Origin: a virus
Lineage: Duplodnaviria; Heunggongvirae; Uroviricota; Caudoviricetes
Length of the DNA stretch: 46,161 nt
Strand: one strand, 5' to 3'
Virus record (IMG/VR): IMGVR_UViG_3300028048_001412
Location: 237,858 to 284,018 of that record
Shown: positions 40,168 to 46,161 of the stretch, one piece after another
How positions within the stretch are numbered: position 1 is the stretch's first letter
Layout: each line of letters begins with the position of its first letter
Notes under the pieces: generated by a model
Database searches by the model: none
Told to the model about the DNA's origin: nothing
The model's input: only the letters and a program-made list of their open reading frames with translations
Position numbers and translations under genes: made by a program

Positions 40168-40821
40168 TTATTCTAGACCGTTTTCACTTAATTCTCTAGT
40201 ATCATAAACATCATCTTTGGTTATATCATATATTACATTATCTTTATATTTTTTAGGATCGGCATAAGATTCAGTATAATTTATATTAAATTTATAAGCT
40301 GCATTACTATTTAAATATCCTACTATCCATCTTTTTTCATCTAATTGTAATCTAATAGGAAATACTTTATATTGTTTATTTACATTCATAATTTCAGTTT
40401 TAGTATCAAATAATTTTTTATTGTCTTTGAAAAAACTTGATATTCTTACTTCTTCTCCGTTAAATCCTTGTTGATTTTTCATGGACCAAGACATTCCTTT
40501 AAAGTTTTTTCTTCCTATTATGAATCCCATCTTATTATCCCAATATTTGAACCCTATAATTTCTCCCTTGTCTTTATTAACACAATAATCTAAAATATTT
40601 TTTTTATTTATAATAGGCTTGTTGAATACTGTATTTTTAGTTTCTGATAAATTAAATAATGTTGAAATGTATTTATCTAACATAGAATCTAAACCTGAAG
40701 CATAAGCAGGATAATATAATTCTTCTGCATCATAAATATAATAAAAATTTAATTTTTTAGACCTTTTCTTTAAATGTATGTCTTTTAATCCAAAAAACTC
40801 AGATTTAATCCATTCACCCAT
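40168..40821 (-). CDS. Hypothetical protein
   Basis: 217-aa ORF coupled to thyX by a TAATG overlap. Confidence 0.6.
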   Translation of the reverse strand: MGEWIKSEFFGLKDIHLKKRSKKLNFYYIYDAEELYYPAYASGLDSMLDKYISTLFNLSETKNTVFNKPIINKKNILDYCVNKDKGEIIGFKYWDNKMGFIIGRKNFKGMSWSMKNQQGFNGEEVRISSFFKDNKKLFDTKTEIMNVNKQYKVFPIRLQLDEKRWIVGYLNSNAAYKFNINYTESYADPKKYKDNVIYDITKDDVYDTRELSENGLE

Positions 40822-41495
40822 TATTGTTCCACCTTTGGATATTTACCACAACCAAATTTTTCATCACAAGTTTTAGTTTTTTCACATTTAGCATATAATA
40901 ACATATCACATAATTCTTTCCATTCTGGACTATAATTACTTAAGGCTTCTTTTAAATCATTCATTAATTTCCTAAATTCCCAATAAGCTCTATTACACAT
41001 TCTAACTCTTGACATATCCATTAAATTACGCATATTTTTCATTACACTTAATTTAGTAGTAGCGCCTAATGGAATTAACATTTGAGCATCTTCTTTTGGA
41101 ATGCCGAATTCATTCATTAAAGAATTTATAACTATTCTTATTTTTTCAATTTCTGATAAATATAATCTTTTTGCTTCTGGATTATTTTCTATTTTAGGAG
41201 GAATTACTGCATTTAATTCTTTACTAAAATCCACATATCTTGTTGATTCCTGCACAATTGATAATCCATCCGACACATGTCTCATGAACTCTCTTATTAC
41301 TCTATTAGAATAACCTTCTAATGTAAAATAAACTTCCGCAAATTCCAATACTCTTCCATGGCCATCTTTAATACATTGCAATCCTCTTTTATAATTCTTT
41401 TCTTCATTTGTAATATCAGATCCATAAGCAACTCCGGCCATTTTACCAGCTAAACTAATAGGATTTTTAATTGTTTCATTTAAAATTTTAATCAT
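40821..41495 (-). CDS. thyX: FAD-dependent thymidylate synthase
   Basis: GHGRVLEFA, MRHVSDGLSIVQESTRYV (ThyX motif), EDAQMLIP, RMCNRAYWEFR. Confidence 0.92.
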   Translation of the reverse strand: MIKILNETIKNPISLAGKMAGVAYGSDITNEEKNYKRGLQCIKDGHGRVLEFAEVYFTLEGYSNRVIREFMRHVSDGLSIVQESTRYVDFSKELNAVIPPKIENNPEAKRLYLSEIEKIRIVINSLMNEFGIPKEDAQMLIPLGATTKLSVMKNMRNLMDMSRVRMCNRAYWEFRKLMNDLKEALSNYSPEWKELCDMLLYAKCEKTKTCDEKFGCGKYPKVEQ

Positions 41496-41518
41496 TTATA
41501 TTCACCTCAAATAATAAT

Positions 41519-42751
41519 TTATATTAATAATTTATGATTTTTTCCATTTTTATCGGTTATATTCAATCTCAATTCTCTATTTCCTTTTATTTGTTGAGGA
41601 ATTATTTTTTCAAATTCTTTTTTCTTTTTATTTATTTCTTTGAAAAATAAATCTTCAATATTACTTTTATCTATAATTATTTGGATATTTGAATAATTTC
41701 CATCATATAACATTTCTAGAAATGAAGGCTGATTATTTAAGTTTTCCCAATTCAATTTATGTATATGTAATATTATTTTATTTGAATTTTTTATTCCTGA
41801 AGAAGGATCGTACAAATATAATCTATCTTTTAAATTTAATTCTCTAATATATATTTCATTTAATTGTCTTTTTAAATTTGTTACTGGAAAGGAATCACCA
41901 TCTTCTAATTTTAAAGCTTCAGTATCTATTAAACTATCTATATAATGTACTGATCCTTCATCATAAGTTTCTATATTAACACACTTAAAATATAAGTTGC
42001 AATTCACTATTCTAGTATTTTCTTGTAATTTACTTTCACTTTTAATAAAAAAAGCATCTAAATAAGTTTTATCTCCAATTTCAGGTATATTTTCTAAATC
42101 TGAGTTTTTTATATATAAATTAGGAGCTTTTATTGAATTAACATTTTTGAATTTAATTTTTTCCAATACTTGATCGACATCAAATACTCGTAAATCAATA
42201 GGTTTTTCAAATTTTAAAGTAATAATATTTTTCTTTTCATTTTTTATATTACCAACTATTAATTCTGAAAGATTAACACTTATGTTTATTTTTGATTCAT
42301 TGTTTTCTTCTTTATCATTTTCAAATATAGGTTTATACCAGCGAAATTCTATTTTAGATTCAGTAAGATTATTAAGATTTATATTTTCAAATCCTGATAA
42401 TGTTAATTTTCCTCTTCTAAAATTATTACATCTATATTTCCAATGAAAATTATTGTTTAAATTAGGGGCATTAAATGTAAGTGAATGTGAATTTTTCGGA
42501 CTAATTTCTAAATCTTCAAATAACATTTCATTAAGTTCATATTCTAATCCTAATTTTTCAGTTAATAATCTTTCCACATTATATATGTAATTTTCTATAA
42601 ATTCATCGTGAGTGTTAATATTGATAGATAATAATCTGTTCATATTTAACAATGCTTTACTTAATGTTTTTATATAAGGAACATCTTTATAATCAGGATA
42701 TGATTTTTTCATAGGAACATAATAATCTTTATCAGCCTTTAAATTAGACAT
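41519..42751 (-). CDS. Paralog family member 16
   Basis: YYVPMKK, FENINLNNL, IYIRELNL, IIIDKSNIE. Confidence 0.65.
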   Translation of the reverse strand: MSNLKADKDYYVPMKKSYPDYKDVPYIKTLSKALLNMNRLLSININTHDEFIENYIYNVERLLTEKLGLEYELNEMLFEDLEISPKNSHSLTFNAPNLNNNFHWKYRCNNFRRGKLTLSGFENINLNNLTESKIEFRWYKPIFENDKEENNESKINISVNLSELIVGNIKNEKKNIITLKFEKPIDLRVFDVDQVLEKIKFKNVNSIKAPNLYIKNSDLENIPEIGDKTYLDAFFIKSESKLQENTRIVNCNLYFKCVNIETYDEGSVHYIDSLIDTEALKLEDGDSFPVTNLKRQLNEIYIRELNLKDRLYLYDPSSGIKNSNKIILHIHKLNWENLNNQPSFLEMLYDGNYSNIQIIIDKSNIEDLFFKEINKKKKEFEKIIPQQIKGNRELRLNITDKNGKNHKLLI

Positions 42752-42785
42752 TTTATAAACATTATATTTTCCAATTTTTTATTTC

Positions 42786-43997
42786 TCATATATTTATATT
42801 GGTTTGTAATTTTCCCTCTTTTAAAATATAATTGATTCCATTTGAGGCATTAATATTTATAGTATAAAGATTAGCCTCGTCTCCATAATTTTTTCTGAAT
42901 TTATTAAATATAAATTTTATTTCTTTATATTCCAAATTTGATTTTAATATATCTACTTGAATTTCTTTTTTAAAATCATTAACTAATTGTTTAAATTCAA
43001 ATGATTCATAATTTTTTATTTCTAACTCTTTTATATTCAAACAAATAAAATTATTTTTCCGATTTCTAAATGAAATATTTCCATTGTCACTACTATTATC
43101 TATAATTAATTTATTTATGTTAATTCGTGTCATTCCTTTTCTATCGGCAGTATCAATAATTATTACTTTACTTTTTATTTCAGGTTCAATTGTAGAAGTG
43201 TCATAGATACTTATATTTTTACATTGTATTTTCCCATCACCAAATATATTAGAGCTTTTTAAATAAAGTATTCTTGAATTGTTATAAAATTTATTATCTA
43301 TAAATTCACACCCTTTATTTAATAGGCATTTCTCTATAGCGGCATTATATTTGAGATAATTCATTTTAAGAGGAACATTAAATATACATTTTGATAATTC
43401 AACTCCTATGCCTTCTTTAGTGATATTAGATGATAACATAATAGAATCACAATCACTATTTATTTCTATTGAATCAATATTATCATTTTTAGGCAATACT
43501 TTAAATAATTTATTAATGTTTTTTAAATTTACTTGAATTTGTTTTTCATTATGAAGATAATTTAAAAATAATGCTTTACAAGTCATTTTTCCAAAATCTA
43601 TATCATAAAAATCATCTAATTGTAATGTTTTAGAATAATACCAATCATAAGAAGAATTATTATTAAATATATGATTAAATTTCTCACCTTTTATAACGTA
43701 TTTATTCTCATTATCATTCCACAATCCTAATGAAACATCTTCTCCTTTATAATTCATTTCTAAATTTCTAGAACCTATTTTATTTAATTCACCCTTATAT
43801 AATAATAAATTCGGCTCTAAATACACCATTCCAGAACTAATAGTATCATATTTTTTTCTAGTATCTAAATATATTTTATTATTTACAGATAATTTGCTAA
43901 ATTTTGAACATACTCCATCATCTAGGTATTTTGTTCCATTTCCTCCATACCAGACTCCTTTATGTTCTTTAATTGTCGTAAATTTACTTTCATTCAT
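42786..43997 (-). CDS. Paralog family member 17
   Basis: LLLYKG, ININKL, LNIKELEI, VDILKSNLE (close to member 16); the N-terminal Pro motif is not clear. Confidence 0.55.
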   Translation of the reverse strand: MNESKFTTIKEHKGVWYGGNGTKYLDDGVCSKFSKLSVNNKIYLDTRKKYDTISSGMVYLEPNLLLYKGELNKIGSRNLEMNYKGEDVSLGLWNDNENKYVIKGEKFNHIFNNNSSYDWYYSKTLQLDDFYDIDFGKMTCKALFLNYLHNEKQIQVNLKNINKLFKVLPKNDNIDSIEINSDCDSIMLSSNITKEGIGVELSKCIFNVPLKMNYLKYNAAIEKCLLNKGCEFIDNKFYNNSRILYLKSSNIFGDGKIQCKNISIYDTSTIEPEIKSKVIIIDTADRKGMTRININKLIIDNSSDNGNISFRNRKNNFICLNIKELEIKNYESFEFKQLVNDFKKEIQVDILKSNLEYKEIKFIFNKFRKNYGDEANLYTININASNGINYILKEGKLQTNINI

Positions 43998-44001
43998 TAT
44001 T

Positions 44002-45525
44002 TTACACCAGAAATTCTATACTATAACTATCTATATTCCAATCTTCTAAATTTTCTGCTATTCCATCTTCTATTTCAGTTGAATTTAATATTCCTGAAAT
44101 TTCTCCTGAAATAATTACTTTATGAGTAGTAGATGAATTATCTTCTACTATTATATTTCTATATTCTCCTTCACCGTTATATAATTCTTCAAAATGATGT
44201 TCTAATCTTTTCCATTCATCTTTATGAGAAGTATTTATAATAATAGTAAATGGAATATATCCTTCCCAATTATGATAAAAATGATATATAAAATCTTCCC
44301 AGGCTTGAGAACTATAATCTTGAATAAAATAAATTATATCATCTTCACCTAGTCCTTTAAATAAATCTAACCATTTATCATTATTTGGATCTGATGCTTT
44401 ATCATAATCTATCCCGTTTTCAGCACAAAATGAATGAAACATAGAATCATGATTTGCAATCCAATCTAACATATTATCTTTTGTTAATTTGATATTATTA
44501 TTTTTTACTTTTGATTCTTTATTTGAAACATTAGATTTATTTGTCTTATTAACTTTAGGTTTATAAAGATTTATTGTTTTACCTATATTTATCCACGCAG
44601 GTTTATTTTTAATATCAAACATAGTAATATCATTAAATGAAATATTTTTATCTTCAGGAACTTTATTAGTAGCAATATATCCTAGAAAATATAAGATATT
44701 ATCTTTAATAAAAGTTAAGAATAAAAATTCACTTTTTTGTCTATTTAAATTACCAAATAAAATATAAGGAGTATAAACAATATTTAAATCAGAATATCTA
44801 GTTAAATCTTTATTTTTAACATCTACTTTTCTATTATTTATAATAACATCCCAACCATTATCTCCTTTATTACCTTCAATATAAGGAGTCTCTTGATTAT
44901 TTAAAGAGGCAATAGCAACTTCAGCAATCATTCCTTTTAATACATTTTCTTTAAATGCTCTATTAGTATCAGGATATTTATTTTTAATCATTTGTTCACC
45001 TAATAATCTTCCTCTTTCAATAACATCATTAGAAAGAATCATATAAGGCAAATGTTTTAATAATATTATTCCAGGATAAAAATTAGTAATATTAGATTCT
45101 ACTATAAGATTTTGTTTTTTATAAAAATTGAATGTATCTAATTTATATGAATTTACAGTAAATAATTCATTATTTACTTTTATAACTATTCTCATTCCTT
45201 TAGTTACAGTAAATTTATCATAAATAGGAGTTTTCTTATTATACATTTGCTCAATTTCAGAAAGTGAATATCCTGTAGCAAAACATACTAAATAACAATC
45301 TTTAGAAGAAAAGTTATATATTAATTTCTCATCAAAATCTATATAATTATTAAACCATTTTACTTCTTTTGCTTTACCAGACCATTCTTTTCTTAATTTA
45401 GATTTAGTAGTTTCTATTTTATTACGTATAGATTGAGAAAACATTTCTTGAGTTAGTCTTGTGAATATATATTTACTCTTTTCCCATTTTAATCCATACA
45501 TTAAGATTGTTGATTCTTGAGCCAT
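44002..45525 (-). CDS. Multi-domain protein with a central PD-(D/E)XK-like nuclease domain
   Basis: GMIAEVAIA...GDNGWDVIINNRKVDVKNK; Lys/Asn linker; acidic C-terminus; AAGGAG RBS. Confidence 0.55.
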   Translation of the reverse strand: MAQESTILMYGLKWEKSKYIFTRLTQEMFSQSIRNKIETTKSKLRKEWSGKAKEVKWFNNYIDFDEKLIYNFSSKDCYLVCFATGYSLSEIEQMYNKKTPIYDKFTVTKGMRIVIKVNNELFTVNSYKLDTFNFYKKQNLIVESNITNFYPGIILLKHLPYMILSNDVIERGRLLGEQMIKNKYPDTNRAFKENVLKGMIAEVAIASLNNQETPYIEGNKGDNGWDVIINNRKVDVKNKDLTRYSDLNIVYTPYILFGNLNRQKSEFLFLTFIKDNILYFLGYIATNKVPEDKNISFNDITMFDIKNKPAWINIGKTINLYKPKVNKTNKSNVSNKESKVKNNNIKLTKDNMLDWIANHDSMFHSFCAENGIDYDKASDPNNDKWLDLFKGLGEDDIIYFIQDYSSQAWEDFIYHFYHNWEGYIPFTIIINTSHKDEWKRLEHHFEELYNGEGEYRNIIVEDNSSTTHKVIISGEISGILNSTEIEDGIAENLEDWNIDSYSIEFLV

Positions 45526-45570
45526 TTTCTACTCCTTTTTACTACCTATTTTTACTTTAATTTTTATTTT

Positions 45571-45710
45571 AAGAAAAAGGTTTAAAATCACCGATAAAAA
45601 ACCGTTGAAAATTCAATGTTTTTTACATGTGAAAATGCGAATTTTGCGATATAAAGCGACATTTTTCAGAAATCAATATAAAATAGAAGATATCTATAAA
45701 AATCACCGTA
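45571..45710 (-). repeat. ~140-bp non-coding repeat, copy 2 (inverted)
   Basis: Reverse complement of 12411-12550; the perfect core is at 45639-45665. Confidence 0.9.
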
Positions 45711-45712
45711 TT

Positions 45713-46159
45713 TTACATAGATAATCTTTTAAATGTATTATTTCCATCTATTATAGGAATTCCTTTAGTTAATGCTGCTTTTACTTTACTTGATATTTTA
45801 CCACCAGAATCTTCAGTTATTAAATAATTCGTATCTTTAGTAATTGATGTTTGGAAATTTCCGTGATGCTGTTCTATATATCTTTTTGCTTCATCTCTTG
45901 AACACCAATCTAAAGTTCCTGTTACACAAACATTTTTCATAGCAAAGTAATTTTCAAGTTCAGTATTATTTCCATTTATTTCAATTAAGTTTCTACCTCT
46001 AAATCCACTATTTTGTTTTAATTTGGAAATATCTCCAATTACTTCTTCTATAATTATCTTATTTGATACAAAATTATAAGATGCACCATTTAAAAGTCCA
46101 ATATATACATCTTTAGTCGCTTTAGATATATCAAGCCTTTTAATATATAAAGTATTTAC
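45713..46159 (-). CDS. 5'-truncated protein with a C-terminal BRCT domain
   Basis: The frame is open to the window end. VCVTGTL..SRDEAK..IEQHHG..QTSITKDTNYLI..SSKVKAA..GIPII is a LigA/RFC-type BRCT domain; there is no RBS before the ATG at 45940. Confidence 0.75.
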   Translation of the reverse strand, partial: VNTLYIKRLDISKATKDVYIGLLNGASYNFVSNKIIIEEVIGDISKLKQNSGFRGRNLIEINGNNTELENYFAMKNVCVTGTLDWCSRDEAKRYIEQHHGNFQTSITKDTNYLITEDSGGKISSKVKAALTKGIPIIDGNNTFKRLSM

Positions 46160-46161
46160 TC

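Noticed and set aside
1143-41313. Short ORFs antisense to longer genes (e.g. 1143-1367, 3217-3492, 7714-7899, 9638-9850, 11915-12133, 20464-20670, 21458-21649, 23439-23708, 23773-24024, 25019-25240, 29683-29946, 29989-30177, 30872-31135, 31814-32026, 41101-41313)
   Set aside because: These are shadow frames of well-supported genes on the opposite strand, with no motifs of their own.
12603-43997. Diversity-generating retroelement or shufflon as the source of paralog diversity
   Set aside because: No reverse transcriptase, recombinase, near-identical TR/VR pair or repeated crossover sites were seen; the members are full-length and diverged throughout.
45713-45940. NAD-dependent DNA ligase ligA, or a stand-alone 75-aa BRCT gene
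   Set aside because: The frame is open upstream with no RBS at 45940, and the upstream residues do not resemble LigA HhH repeats.
1-46161. Stop-codon reassignment as in some gut jumbo phages
   Set aside because: Standard code 11 gives dense, full-length genes. TAG and TGA end genes at plausible positions, and the ftsH break is a frameshift at TAA.
1-46161. CRISPR array, tRNA or rRNA genes
   Set aside because: No regularly spaced repeats, cloverleaf or rRNA-like sequence was recognised by eye in the few intergenic gaps.

Overview
This is a very AT-rich, gene-dense segment that most resembles a jumbo phage (or other large extrachromosomal element) of a Bacillota/Clostridia host. That assignment is inferred from gene content; no capsid, terminase or tail gene is recognisable here. 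Bases 1-12.3 kb are + strand and encode a hydrolase-rich cluster: M18 aminopeptidase, HExxH membrane protease, SGNH hydrolase with a cell-wall-binding tail, two metallophosphoesterases, GDPD, a frameshifted FtsH and a P-loop ATPase. Everything from 12.6 kb on is - strand. That part is dominated by 17 complete, highly diverged ~376-438 aa ORFs with shared positional motifs, apparently one uncharacterised paralog family, and a possible 18th, BRCT-fused member runs off the right end. Interleaved with them are nrdD, two nrdG, thyX, an IreB/ReoM-like gene, a PD-(D/E)XK-like nuclease and a complete IscB-omegaRNA (IS200/IS605) element. The IscB element sits in the last codons of one paralog, and its empty site, guide and probable TAM can be reconstructed. 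A ~140-bp non-coding sequence occurs twice in inverted orientation, 33 kb apart (12411-12550 and 45571-45710).
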